Below are positions 1 to 10,523 of a stretch of DNA of 64,000 nt, in pieces. The stretch comes from Chamaesiphon sp. Lineage in GTDB: Bacteria; Cyanobacteriota; Cyanobacteriia; Cyanobacteriales; Chamaesiphonaceae. The stretch covers positions 1 through 64,000 of the forward strand of contig CBDFFH010000002.1 of the NCBI GenBank assembly GCA_965246715.1, in the 5' to 3' direction. The notes under the pieces are model-generated. The model saw nothing but the letters and a program-made list of their open reading frames with translations. It ran no database searches and was not told where the DNA came from. Both the position numbers and the translations under genes were made by a program. Positions within the stretch are counted from its first letter, which is position 1. Each line of letters opens with the position of its first letter.

Positions 1-576
1 TTGTTGGTCGGCAGCCGTGTAACTAACCTCCAACAGTTTTGTGCCTTGTTCTTTCCCATCTTTGGTAACTTTGAGCCGATCGATCTTTAGATCCCGCAGC
101 AGCGATTCGTAAGTGATTTTGGGGTAGCGCTGCTGAAGCTGCTCGACAATTGGGAGCAGCAGCTTGGAACTCTTTAAGATCCGAATCTGGGTTTCATAAT
201 CTAAAGTTGAGTTCTGCTCGACATTACTTTGAGCTTCCTCGATCGATCGTTCGGATGTTTGAGCGCGCACGAACGAGCGCGAAGATTTAGCTTCAGCAGT
301 CGCCGCTTCAACCTGAAGTTGGAAAGTACCTTCGTATTTGGGTTTGGTTGTGGCACCGATCGCGAATAATACTCCTGCCGCCACAGCTGTTGTTGACAGG
401 GCGATCGTGACAATCAGCGGGGCTTTGCGGCGGATGACGCTAAACACCCAAGTTAAATCCCATAGTTCTTCATTCCGATCGAAGGTAGGGAGCCGATCTG
501 CTGGAACGACGATCTCAGGTGCCTGGGATCGGCTGACAGCTAATTCTGATGACTGTGGAGAATGAGATGGTTTCAT
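1..576 (-). CDS. Wzc/GumC-type polysaccharide chain-length determinant/co-polymerase, N-terminal part (runs off window)
   Basis: Manual translation from ATG 576: MKPSHSPQ...WDLTWVFSVIRRKAPLIV(TM)...PKYEGTFQLQVE...DYETQIRILKSSKLL...GTKLLEVSY. Open to the window edge and divergent from the EPS cluster. Confidence 0.8.
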   Translation of the reverse strand, partial: MKPSHSPQSSELAVSRSQAPEIVVPADRLPTFDRNEELWDLTWVFSVIRRKAPLIVTIALSTTAVAAGVLFAIGATTKPKYEGTFQLQVEAATAEAKSSRSFVRAQTSERSIEEAQSNVEQNSTLDYETQIRILKSSKLLLPIVEQLQQRYPKITYESLLRDLKIDRLKVTKDGKEQGTKLLEVSYTAADQQ

Positions 577-1680
577 AAAATTAATATCCCTAATCTGTCA
601 CTCCAGACACAGCATGATGTTCCGTAACTTGCCAAGTTAGCTTGCTGCCTGAGTTGTGATGTTGATTTTTTAACATGCTTGTCTGCGCAAAGTTGAAAAT
701 TGAAACTAACAATAAAATCGTTCGTGCTTGCTCTGTCGTTAATCTATGTTCGCATTTACGAGCGATTTTACCGTCCCGAACGCGATCGATCGGGGACAAA
801 AAAGGCACAATGAAAATTAAAATTATGAGTGAAAACACTAAGCCACAACTGCATTTATATCGAAAAACACCGCTCAAACCCCCGATCGTTAGGTATCTTT
901 GCTGCGTGAAATTAATACCGATCGAGCAAATTTTGTTTCATTTAATACATGTTTGACTGGCGTTTATGTGATTGGCAGGACGATACATCGATATTTTTAC
1001 AGCATATATAGTATAGATTTAGCTTTTTAGTGATGACAAAATAATCACTGTAACTCTTGCATAGTATCGATTCTAGAAAATTCAGCCTATTTGTCACAAC
1101 TTTGTATATTTTTTATATTGTAGATTTATTTTTTATAAAGTCATCAGTTATTTTACTGAATTCTAATTGAAGTTAATGGCAGTTAGATTTATCGCTTCAG
1201 TATGTATGTATTATATGCTTTTATAAAATCTAGTTGCGATCTATGCCAGAACTGGCTTACGTCGGTATTAGGGTTTTACGCATATTGGCTCAATTCAAAA
1301 TTAATGAAATATGAGATGATAAAACATCAATCCATAGCGTGAGCTTTATATTTGTCAACCGATATCGTTAGGTCGATCTAGAGACAGAAAGCTCGATATC
1401 CATTGCAGTAATTTTGATACTTATGCGAGCATAAATTACTCTTGCGATCTGGCTTTCATCGGAGTAGGGTAAACTGCTCATCGATCGAGGAAGTATTACT
1501 TAGATCGGCAAATTGCGATCGCGATCGCTTCACAAGTGGTTGCGATTGATGTAACTATGTGGATGAATAGCGATCGGGATCGATTGGATGATAATCAATT
1601 GTAGGGGAAAAGGAACACCTAAATTAAGCTCCGACGATTGAGAATTGGAAATCTTATAAAATGGAGCTGTCAGTCTAGTT

Positions 1681-3078
1681 ATGAAATTACTGCTGAATCC
1701 TATAATTCTTAGCTTGTTGTTTGCCATTATTGCTGTCGTTTCTTTGATTTTAATTTATCTGATAACTCAGGAAAAGCTTAAGCCAAACTTATTAAATCTC
1801 GAAGAAGGTTTTACCTTTGTAGTGATGACGTTACTATTAGTAGGTGATTCTCAATCATATGTAGGTAATTTGAGCTTACAATATTTAAGCGATCGCTCAG
1901 AGAACCGTAACGCACCTGCATATGTTTTTATTCAATTTATGGCTTACATAATAGCGATATTTGTGACAAGATCTCGGATCCATTATTTTATTAAAGCGAT
2001 AATATTTTTGGTTAGAGATCCTTTTCTTGTTGGCTTGCTCGTGCTAACCGTTCTATCTTCTTTTTGGTCGCAAACGCCCCTAGATACATTCAAGGCAAGT
2101 TTAGTTCTACTAGTGCTCGTTTTATATTCTAGCATTATTGCATTACGATGTAATTTTCAAGAATTAACAAAATATTTACGATATTTTGGCGCATGGGTTG
2201 CAATATCTAGTGCATTATTACAAATTTTATTACCATCACTATTGAAAAATGATAAAGGTGGCTGGCAAGGAATTGCCGGACATCCCAATACATTGGGCTA
2301 TGTAATGGCCTTGACAACAATTTTGTGGGGATTAAATGCAATCGATCTGCCAAAAAAGCGATGGCGATCGATTAGCATGGCTATGCTAGCATTTACCGTG
2401 ATGGTGCTAACCAACTCAAGTGGCACATTGATTACTTTTGTGGTACTGGTTTGTCTGTCGCTCTTATTTCGGATGCTAAAACACCTCGATTTTCGACAAA
2501 TATTTACCGCCGTCCCATTCTTTTTTGCGATCGGTATTCCATCTTCGCTATTACTAATAATTAATAAGAGTAAAATTTTGGGGATCTTTGGCAAAGATGA
2601 AAACTTGACTGGTCGAGGGGATTTTTGGCCAGCGATTTTAGCGGCGATCCAGCAACGAATATCAGTTGGGTATGGATATCATGGCTTTTGGCAAAGTTGG
2701 CGCGGTACAGAAAATCCTGCCGCACACATCAGAACGATTAACTTTGTGCCGACACATTCGCACAATGGTTTTCTTGAATTAGCCTTAGCTTTAGGTTTAG
2801 CTGGTGTCGGACTATTCGCTTTCTCATTGATTAGAAATATCGCCTGTACACTTGCCGTTATGTATGATGGCAAAACAAAGGAAGCAGAGATCTCACTTTT
2901 ATTTATAGCTTTTGTGATTTATTCTAATCTTTCCGAACCAGGGTTGTGGGATGTTGGTTATCATGTAGTTATTTATACTATATTATCAACTAGACTCGGT
3001 ATTGAAGTCGCAAAAATAAATTTAAGTAGCAAACATCTTCAGCAAGCATCTTACAATTACACAGATCGATTTTTATGA
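1681..3078 (+). CDS. O-antigen ligase/Wzy-like polysaccharide polymerase
   Basis: Multi-TM; GHPNTLG, LTGRGDFW and HSHNGFLE motifs. Confidence 0.85.
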   Translation: MKLLLNPIILSLLFAIIAVVSLILIYLITQEKLKPNLLNLEEGFTFVVMTLLLVGDSQSYVGNLSLQYLSDRSENRNAPAYVFIQFMAYIIAIFVTRSRIHYFIKAIIFLVRDPFLVGLLVLTVLSSFWSQTPLDTFKASLVLLVLVLYSSIIALRCNFQELTKYLRYFGAWVAISSALLQILLPSLLKNDKGGWQGIAGHPNTLGYVMALTTILWGLNAIDLPKKRWRSISMAMLAFTVMVLTNSSGTLITFVVLVCLSLLFRMLKHLDFRQIFTAVPFFFAIGIPSSLLLIINKSKILGIFGKDENLTGRGDFWPAILAAIQQRISVGYGYHGFWQSWRGTENPAAHIRTINFVPTHSHNGFLELALALGLAGVGLFAFSLIRNIACTLAVMYDGKTKEAEISLLFIAFVIYSNLSEPGLWDVGYHVVIYTILSTRLGIEVAKINLSSKHLQQASYNYTDRFL

Positions 3079-4448
3079 ATATACTCGATCGATTGACTGA
3101 GATCGTAGATCGCTCTGGCCCTAAGTTCCAAAGAATACTTGGCAATATTGTCTGGTTATTTGTCGATCGGGTCTTATCGATCGGGGTGGCATTTTTCATC
3201 AGTGTTTGGGTCGCTCGGTATTTAGGGCCGAGCGACCTTGGTACTTTCAAATATGTGAATGCTTTTGTATTTCTGTTTTCTCCATTGGCAACTTTAGGCA
3301 TGAATAATGTTGTCATCAGAGAATTGGTGGAAGACCCAGCCGCCAAGAATGAAATCATGGGCACGGCTTTTTTCCTGAGAATCACTTGTGGCTTCTTAAC
3401 TACACTGCTAATTATTCTTAGTGTATTTCTCTTTCCGCCTGAAAATTCAAATATTCAATTATTTGTTTCAATATCAGCTTCGATATTTCTCTTCAAGGTT
3501 TTTGCTGTTATTGATGACTGGTTCCAATCTCAGGTAGAGTCCAAGTATCCAGTTTTTTCAAGAAATATCACTTTGGTGGTATTGTCGACTTTAAAAATAG
3601 CTTTTATCCACTACCACGCACCATTAATTTTATTTATTTGGTTGCCAGTTATCGAAGCTGCACTTTACAGCTTTTTAATAGTTATTTTTTATGGCCAACG
3701 GAACCATTATCAGAGCTTGTTAAGTTGGAAATTAAATTTAGATCGGGGAAAATATATTTTCCAGGAATCTTTGCCGCTGCTATTTACGGGTATCGCAGTA
3801 AGTCTGTATTTAATGGCCGATCAGGTGATGTTAGGCCAAATGGCCGGAAATAGGGCAGTCGGTATTTATTCAGTGGCAGCTAGTCTGAGTGAAATGTGGT
3901 ACATGATTCCAGGGATATTCAGTTCGTCGCTTTATCCTGCTGTGATTAAGTTGAAGCAAGCTGATAAGCAGATATATACTAAACGGCTCCAGCAATATTA
4001 TGACCTGATGGCTCTAATGGCTTACGGTGTAATCGCCTGCGTTCTACCTGCTGCTGGTTTTGTAATTAATGCACTTTATGGCGCTGACTATGCAGCAGCA
4101 ATTCCAATTTTGTATGTTCATTTGTGGACTTGTTTGTTCACTTTCATCGGGATCGCACAAAGTACTTGGCTGACATCAGAGGGATTACAAAAGCAAAACT
4201 TTATTGCCACAGCTGTAGGTGCAGTCTTAAATATTTTACTCAACCTTTGGCTGATACCTTTTTTGGAAGGTATGGGTGCAGCAATTGCTACTCTCATCTC
4301 ATATGCAACTGCCAGTTATTTTTTCTATCTCTTCTTTCCAGAAACTAGATCGAACACTTTTTTGATGACCAAATCTTTACTATTACCACTAAGAATTGTA
4401 CTGTATGGTTTCAAATGGATCGGTGAATTTTTCCAAAGAAAAAAATAA
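3075..4448 (+). CDS. wzx: Wzx flippase
   Basis: ARYLGP, ADQVML...VGIYSVA, LNLWLIP..G.GAAIAT; 4-nt overlap with the upstream gene. Confidence 0.9.
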   Translation: MNILDRLTEIVDRSGPKFQRILGNIVWLFVDRVLSIGVAFFISVWVARYLGPSDLGTFKYVNAFVFLFSPLATLGMNNVVIRELVEDPAAKNEIMGTAFFLRITCGFLTTLLIILSVFLFPPENSNIQLFVSISASIFLFKVFAVIDDWFQSQVESKYPVFSRNITLVVLSTLKIAFIHYHAPLILFIWLPVIEAALYSFLIVIFYGQRNHYQSLLSWKLNLDRGKYIFQESLPLLFTGIAVSLYLMADQVMLGQMAGNRAVGIYSVAASLSEMWYMIPGIFSSSLYPAVIKLKQADKQIYTKRLQQYYDLMALMAYGVIACVLPAAGFVINALYGADYAAAIPILYVHLWTCLFTFIGIAQSTWLTSEGLQKQNFIATAVGAVLNILLNLWLIPFLEGMGAAIATLISYATASYFFYLFFPETRSNTFLMTKSLLLPLRIVLYGFKWIGEFFQRKK

Positions 4449-4485
4449 GTATCTCGATAGTTTATAATTAGAATTATTTAATAAA

Positions 4486-5679
4486 ATGCTACAGATTAAA
4501 CCAACATTCGATTGCAAGTCTGCTTGCCCATACTGTTCCACTGTACTCAAGCCGATCGACACGCTATGGATGGGGATGCATACTCTGGTTAAGTCTGAAT
4601 GCGGTGGATGCCGTGCTGAGATTATTGAAGATTTAAAGGTTAGCCATGCTTTATTACTCGATCCTAACAAAATAGATCTCGAACAAGGAAAGATTTTTAG
4701 CAAAGGATTAGGAACTCCACCATTGCTAGAGAATCTTCACGATCGAGTGCAACTAGAATGCAAGATCGAAAAAGAGATTTTGATAAAATTTGATCGAGTA
4801 ATCGTTCTAAATTGTATCGATTATCTCTATGGACATTGTTTGTTGAAGTTGTTAAATATTCAGAGGCATCTGGAAGATTTCCCAGATTATGGAACAATTG
4901 CAATCGTTCCTCAATTTCTCCGCTGGATGATTCCCGAAGGCGTTGCCGAAATCTGGACGGTAAATATTCCGCTAAAACATGCACTGCTTTGTTATCCCAC
5001 ACTTAACGATTTTGTACATACAGAGTTCGATCGGTTTGATGAGATTTATGTGAGTAAAGCCTATTCGCATCCTAGTCAGTTTGATATTGCTAAGTTTACA
5101 CGAGTCAGTAAGCACGATTTTAATCAAAAACAGGTGAGGATATCCTTTATTTGGCGAGAAGATCGGCTGTGGTGCAATAATTTGCTAACTAAAGTTTTAA
5201 AGAAAATGAACTTAATAAACTTAGCACTACTCATCCAAAATAGAAAAATTCAAAGTGTTTTCGACCGGATTCGATCGAAGTTGCCGACAGCAAAATTTAC
5301 GGTTGTGGGTCTAGGAACTAAGACAAACTTTCCCAACTGGATTGAGGATTACAGAGTTAAAAAATTTGATGAAGACACCGAGCAGAAAACTTGTCAAATC
5401 TACGCTGATAGTCGTTTAACGATCGGCGTACATGGTTCTAATATGTTGTTGCCCTCTGCCCATGCCGGGATGACGATCGATATTTTACCAGAAGATCGCT
5501 TGGGAAATTTCGCTCAAGATATTCTTTATCAAGAGCCGGATCCAAGATTTGCGTCCTTTCGATATCGATATTTATCTTTTCATATTAGTACTTCTGAGTT
5601 GGCAGATATCAGTTCGAGCATGCTGTTGTATCACCATGATTTTTACGAACTCATGGTTAAGAATCAATCCCGATCCTAG
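4486..5679 (+). CDS. Hypothetical polysaccharide-cluster protein (N-terminal CxxC...CxxC, GT-like C-terminus GVHGSNM)
   Basis: 397-aa ORF inside the EPS operon. Confidence 0.65.
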   Translation: MLQIKPTFDCKSACPYCSTVLKPIDTLWMGMHTLVKSECGGCRAEIIEDLKVSHALLLDPNKIDLEQGKIFSKGLGTPPLLENLHDRVQLECKIEKEILIKFDRVIVLNCIDYLYGHCLLKLLNIQRHLEDFPDYGTIAIVPQFLRWMIPEGVAEIWTVNIPLKHALLCYPTLNDFVHTEFDRFDEIYVSKAYSHPSQFDIAKFTRVSKHDFNQKQVRISFIWREDRLWCNNLLTKVLKKMNLINLALLIQNRKIQSVFDRIRSKLPTAKFTVVGLGTKTNFPNWIEDYRVKKFDEDTEQKTCQIYADSRLTIGVHGSNMLLPSAHAGMTIDILPEDRLGNFAQDILYQEPDPRFASFRYRYLSFHISTSELADISSSMLLYHHDFYELMVKNQSRS

Positions 5680-5771
5680 CTGGATGTCAATACACTAAAC
5701 AAACCCTTGTTGATAACTTACATTTGTTAGATTGTGGCGATAAGATAAATATAAATCCTGATAAATCTCTA

Positions 5772-6740
5772 ATGAAAACTCCTATTGCTTTAATTATCTT
5801 TAACCGTCCAGATTATACCGCAAGAGTGTTTGAAGAAATCCGTCAAGCCAAACCACCACAACTACTAGTAATCGCAGATGGGCCTCGCCCAGACCATGTG
5901 GAAGATATCCAAAAGTGTGCTGCTACTCGGGAAATTATCGATCGAGTCGATTGGGAGTGTGAAGTATTCAAAAACTTTTCAGACACAAATTTAGGCTGTG
6001 GAGTGCGTCCGGCCACAGGTATTAGTTGGGTATTCGAGAATGTCGAAACAGCCATCATTCTTGAGGATGATTGTATCCCCCATCCATCCTTCTTTGCATT
6101 TTGTGATGAGTTATTAGAAAGATATCGCCATGATACTCGGGTCATGCATATTTCTGGCAATAATTATTGGTCCAACAAACATCCGCGTGCCGAGAATTAT
6201 ACTTTCTCGCGTTACCCGATGTCTTGGGGCTGGGCAACCTGGAGACGGGCATGGCAACACTATGATTTTGATATGAAGCTGTGGCCAGAGATCGCGCAGA
6301 AAAAAATATTGCTGGATTTATTAAACGATCGACATACAGCACAGACTTGGACGAAAATTTTCCAGGATGTCGTTGACATGGATTTGGGCTGCTGGGACTT
6401 TCAATGGATCCTGACTTGCTGGCTGCAAAATGGTCTAGCGATCCTGCCCAATATCAATTTAGTTTCTAATATTGGATTTGGTGACGATGCAACTCATACA
6501 TTCTCAGCAGATTCAACTTCGGTGGATGGGTTTCAGCTCAGTGTTCCTGCCGATAAAATGACATTTCCCTTAAAAAATCCTCAGATGATGATTCCGGATT
6601 CACACATCGATCGATTCATCCAAGATGCTATCTATGACTATTTCCCAAAATTACCAAAAAAAATTCGCTTAAAACTAAATCGCATTATTTTCAACAAGTC
6701 AGGTTTTCGCTTGAATACTTCGTTAGATTCTACTCAATAA
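5772..6740 (+). CDS. GT2-like glycosyltransferase (HlpA-like)
   Basis: MKTPIALIIFNRP, IADGPR, IILEDDC, WGWATWRRAW, NIGFG. Confidence 0.85.
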   Translation: MKTPIALIIFNRPDYTARVFEEIRQAKPPQLLVIADGPRPDHVEDIQKCAATREIIDRVDWECEVFKNFSDTNLGCGVRPATGISWVFENVETAIILEDDCIPHPSFFAFCDELLERYRHDTRVMHISGNNYWSNKHPRAENYTFSRYPMSWGWATWRRAWQHYDFDMKLWPEIAQKKILLDLLNDRHTAQTWTKIFQDVVDMDLGCWDFQWILTCWLQNGLAILPNINLVSNIGFGDDATHTFSADSTSVDGFQLSVPADKMTFPLKNPQMMIPDSHIDRFIQDAIYDYFPKLPKKIRLKLNRIIFNKSGFRLNTSLDSTQ

Positions 6741-6753
6741 GGAAAATCAACTT

Positions 6754-7734
6754 ATGTTGTTTCATGGTTTTTACATTCTGTCTACTCAGCCGTTGATAGT
6801 TTCGACTTTCAGTAGCTATCCCTTCAACACCAAAATCCCTTTTGCCAAGAAAATTCTCGGTGATTGTTATGATGAAATAGCTACACCATTTTCGTTTAAT
6901 CCTAAATATGTTTTAGAATTTGTCGCGGGCTGGGCGGCACCATCCTACCGAATGGCCCAGTTTAAAGTCAGACAAATTGCGCATCAATTCGAGCAGCGAT
7001 CGCATTACTTGGTGGTAAATGCGGCAGATGAGGATCGGGTCAGAAAAAAATTTCTAGTTCGTGGCGAGCGGTTGAGTGCAAATATTTACATCAACGAGCA
7101 TCTGTACCAGCCATTAGCCGAACCCAAAATTTATGATGCTATCTATACCGCGCAGTTAGCAGCCTTTAAGCGACTTTCACTGGCAAAAGAGATCGAGCGA
7201 CTGATGGTTGTCTCTTATGGTGGCGATCTGCACTCTTTTTGTCCGGAACTCAATCACGCTGAGTTCAATCGTGAGTTTCTGCCTCGGACTGAGTTGGCAA
7301 AAAAATACAATCAGGCTTATGTCGGTTTGTGCCTGTCGGCAAAAGAGGGTGCAATGCTGGCCTCTTGTGAATATTTGCTGTGTGGGATTCCGGTAGTTAG
7401 TACGCCCAGTAAAGGTGGACGAGATGAGTTTTTTAGCCCCCAAAACTCGTCGATAGTACCCCCAGATGCCGATCTCGTTGCGCGAGCCGTCCGGCAGTGG
7501 AAAACTAATCCTCCCGATCCGGCTGAAATTCGTGGGGGGGTGTTACGCAAGATCGACTCGTTGCGGTTGGAATATTGTACGTATATTGCTGACCTGATCG
7601 CGCGTGGTGGTGGCGGCAGGAAAGATCCCGCATATCTCAACGATCGATATTTCAACAATCCAGATGGGATCGCTACCCGGTTTGTCAAATTCAAGGATTT
7701 ACACCATGTCGATTTAGATAAGTTTTCACTATAG
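6754..7734 (+). CDS. Glycosyltransferase (GT-B/GT4-like)
   Basis: LS..EG...AS.EYLLCGIPVVST motif. Confidence 0.7.
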   Translation: MLFHGFYILSTQPLIVSTFSSYPFNTKIPFAKKILGDCYDEIATPFSFNPKYVLEFVAGWAAPSYRMAQFKVRQIAHQFEQRSHYLVVNAADEDRVRKKFLVRGERLSANIYINEHLYQPLAEPKIYDAIYTAQLAAFKRLSLAKEIERLMVVSYGGDLHSFCPELNHAEFNREFLPRTELAKKYNQAYVGLCLSAKEGAMLASCEYLLCGIPVVSTPSKGGRDEFFSPQNSSIVPPDADLVARAVRQWKTNPPDPAEIRGGVLRKIDSLRLEYCTYIADLIARGGGGRKDPAYLNDRYFNNPDGIATRFVKFKDLHHVDLDKFSL

Positions 7735-8029
7735 AAATTATAAATTATCGCTAATCTAATCATCTTTTTACTTTTTCGGCTCGGCGCATCAAGGTAATTA
7801 AGGTCGCCGCGATCGATATTATTTTAATTTTATAAATTAGCTAATATTTAAAATCAATCTAGGGAATGCTGCCCATGATTTGCACCGCGTTTAATTCATC
7901 CTAATCGAGCCAAGACTCGCTCGCACGAGGCTTAATGGTAATATCTTCAACGAGTTATAAACATTAATTTGCGAACGGGAAGTAACCAGTAACCAATTGA
8001 CATCGATCGCTAGTTATGCAGATAGAATT

Positions 8030-8845
8030 ATGATTTCAGAAAAATTTCCGCCAGTTAAACAGGTAATCGGTTCTCCAGTAACCGATTTACCCTTTGACAA
8101 TCAGATCGCACTGATGATGGATTGGGCCAAAGCAAGACTTAGCAAAGCTATTTGTATTGCCAATGTCCATATGCTAGTCGAGGCACATCGCCAGCCAGAT
8201 TTTGCCGCAGTCCTAAAGCGAGCCGATCTGGTCACTCCCGATGGCGTGCCGTTGGTCTGGATGCTCAAACTCATGGGATCGGTCGATCGCAATCGGGTAG
8301 CCGGATTTGACGTGGTAATGGCGCTGTGTCTCCAAGCTTCAGTGGAGCGAGTGGGCGTGTTCTTCTTGGGATCCGAAGCGGCAATTCTCCAAAAGATGCG
8401 AGTCCGCTTAGATCGAGAATTTCCAAATTTACCGATCGCGGGCATGGAACCGTTACCCTTCCGCCCCATGACTCCTGCCGAAGATGAGGCGATCGTGCAA
8501 CAAATAAATCAAAGCGGTGCTGGGATCGTCTTTCTATCGTTGGGCTGTCCCAAACAGGAAGTGTGGATGGCGGAGCATCGAGGGCGGATCCAGGCAGTAA
8601 TGCTCGGAGTGGGCGGGGTCTTTCCTGTATACGCTGGCATTCATCAACTCGCACCCCCATTTATCCGCAAAATCGGTCTGGAATGGTTGTATCGCCTCAT
8701 CCAAGAGCCGAAACGACTCTTTTGGCGGTATGCCAGCACCAATCCGATGTTTGTCTGGCTGGCGATTAAACAGTTAGTAACTAACCGGTGGAGTACTGGC
8801 TCCACCCAACATCAGTTCGATCGAACTAAGAGGGGGAGACACTAG
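8030..8845 (+). CDS. WecB/TagA/CpsF family glycosyltransferase
   Basis: ADLVTPDG, LGCPKQE, GVGG, GLEWLYRL.QEP.R. Confidence 0.9.
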   Translation: MISEKFPPVKQVIGSPVTDLPFDNQIALMMDWAKARLSKAICIANVHMLVEAHRQPDFAAVLKRADLVTPDGVPLVWMLKLMGSVDRNRVAGFDVVMALCLQASVERVGVFFLGSEAAILQKMRVRLDREFPNLPIAGMEPLPFRPMTPAEDEAIVQQINQSGAGIVFLSLGCPKQEVWMAEHRGRIQAVMLGVGGVFPVYAGIHQLAPPFIRKIGLEWLYRLIQEPKRLFWRYASTNPMFVWLAIKQLVTNRWSTGSTQHQFDRTKRGRH

Positions 8846-9922
8846 ATGGATGGCAATTTTTGGCAGGGAAAACGGGTATTACTGACGGGACATACGGGCT
8901 TTAAGGGCAGTTGGCTGTCGCTGTGGCTGCAATCTTTAGGGGCTGAGTTGTGGGGATATGCCTTGCAGCCACCGACGAATCCTAGTCTGTTTGAAGTTGG
9001 ACGTGTAGCAGGGGGGATGACTTCGGTAATTGGCGATATTACCGATCGCGAGCATTTGCAGCAAGTTGTCGCTGACTTTCGCCCCGAAATCGTCTTGCAT
9101 CTGGCGGCTCAATCGGTTGTCAGTACCTCTTACCACGATCCGGTGTCCAACTACAACACTAATGTGATGGGCACGGTTCATGTTCTAGAAGCGATTCGAC
9201 AAGTTGGTGGCGTGAGATCGGTTGTCAGTGTTACTTCGGATAAGTGCTATGAGAATCGAGAGTGGGTGTGGGGGTATCGGGAGACCGATCCGTTGGGTGG
9301 CTACGATCCTTACAGCAATAGTAAGGCTTGTGCCGAGCTGGTGACGGCAGCTTACCGCGACTCATTCTTCAATCCGGCTCACTACGCCGAACATGGGGTG
9401 GCGATCGCGACTGCGCGCGCGGGGAATGTGATTGCTGGGGGGGATTGGACTGCCGATGGTTTGGTTGCCGATATGGTGCGATCGTTATTGCAACAGCAAC
9501 CGATTTTGATTCGCAGTCCCAATGCGATCCGCCCCTGGCAACATGTATTGGATGCCTTAAATGGTTACCTGATCTTAGCCGAGAATTTGTATACCAAAGG
9601 AACTGCATTCGCGGATGCCTGGAATTTTGGCCCTTACGAATCATCGGTCAAACCGGTTGGTTGGCTGGTGGACAACATGTTGGCACAATGGGGCGAGCAG
9701 GCTACTTGGGAACTAGCCCAAGGGGGTCATTTCCACGAGCACATGTCCTTGAGTTTAGATAGTTCTAAGGCTCGATTTAAGCTGGGATGGCAACCTAAGC
9801 TGTCGCTAGCTGCTTCTCTAGAGCAGATCGTGTCATGGACTAAGGCGTATCGATCGGGTGCGGATATGCAACAGGTGACGCTTGAGACGATCGATCGATT
9901 TATGAAAATTAGCGCACAGTGA
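8846..9922 (+). CDS. rfbG: CDP-glucose 4,6-dehydratase
   Basis: TGHTGFKGSWL, TSDKCY, DPYSNSK, RAGNVI.GGDW, RPWQHVL. Confidence 0.95.
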   Translation: MDGNFWQGKRVLLTGHTGFKGSWLSLWLQSLGAELWGYALQPPTNPSLFEVGRVAGGMTSVIGDITDREHLQQVVADFRPEIVLHLAAQSVVSTSYHDPVSNYNTNVMGTVHVLEAIRQVGGVRSVVSVTSDKCYENREWVWGYRETDPLGGYDPYSNSKACAELVTAAYRDSFFNPAHYAEHGVAIATARAGNVIAGGDWTADGLVADMVRSLLQQQPILIRSPNAIRPWQHVLDALNGYLILAENLYTKGTAFADAWNFGPYESSVKPVGWLVDNMLAQWGEQATWELAQGGHFHEHMSLSLDSSKARFKLGWQPKLSLAASLEQIVSWTKAYRSGADMQQVTLETIDRFMKISAQ

Positions 9923-9937
9923 ATAGAATAGATTTTT

Positions 9938-9957
9938 GTAGGGTGGGCACTGCCCAC
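9938..9957 (+). repeat. GTAG-type REP, class A (GTAGGGTGGGCAnTGCCCAC). Other copies at 29039-29058, 29251-29271 and 30406-30426 (minus), 32811-32830 (plus), 33042-33060 (minus, degenerate)
   Basis: Six near-identical palindromes with a GTAG foot. Confidence 0.8.
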
Positions 9958-10042
9958 AGCAAGGATTTGAGATGCTTCTAGTCTTGTCGATCGGGTGCTT
10001 AGTTTTAAGTTACTGGTGGGTGGAACCCGGATCTGGGGGAGG

Positions 10043-10114
10043 CTTGTCTTGGCTCATAGTCGGTGCACCGACTATAGCTTTTCGCGTCGGGAAACCCGAC
10101 GGGCGCGAGCCGCT
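10043..10114 (-). mobile_element. Small structured dispersed element AG-CGG...CAAGAA/CAG family (longer copy with an extra palindrome)
   Basis: Shares ends with 21891-21940 and 59851-59900; sits in the loop of a TCTGGGGGAG/CTCCCCCAGA hairpin. Confidence 0.55.
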
Positions 10115-10523
10115 CCCCCAGACCCCCCGTTGAAGGGCGGGGTGCCGCCCCTCAAACTCCCCTGCACAAGGGTCGATCTGTGGGTAGCTTAGAGCGCTTC
10201 GCATTAGCTTCGCACTGTGGGTCGATCTGTGAATTGGATTTGTGGATCGGGTTCTTAGATTTCTAATATCTACGATATTTCAAAAACCAGAAGTTATCGA
10301 TTGTCCATCCTTATCCCTAACTCAGGTTCCCTTAGTTCGTTAAAACGAACTTTTGCTCCTAGCCCCAAATTCATTTGAGGGCGATTCGGGAGCGAAGCTA
10401 GGAGACATCGATTCTCCAAGGAGCAACTTGAGCCAACGCACATTCTCATCCCAATTTCACCTTGATTTATAACAACAGATTTATATTTTTGTCCACTTTA
10501 TTTTTGATTATTGGAGCAAACTG

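Noticed and set aside
577..1680. Short ORFs or ncRNA in the wzc-wzy intergenic region
   Set aside because: AT-rich divergent promoter region; ORFs lack motifs and no recognisable RNA structure was seen
9995..10204. Small ORFs over repeats (also 36908-37142, 43025-43544, 57352-57645)
   Set aside because: They are translations of MITE, REP or palindromic repeat DNA
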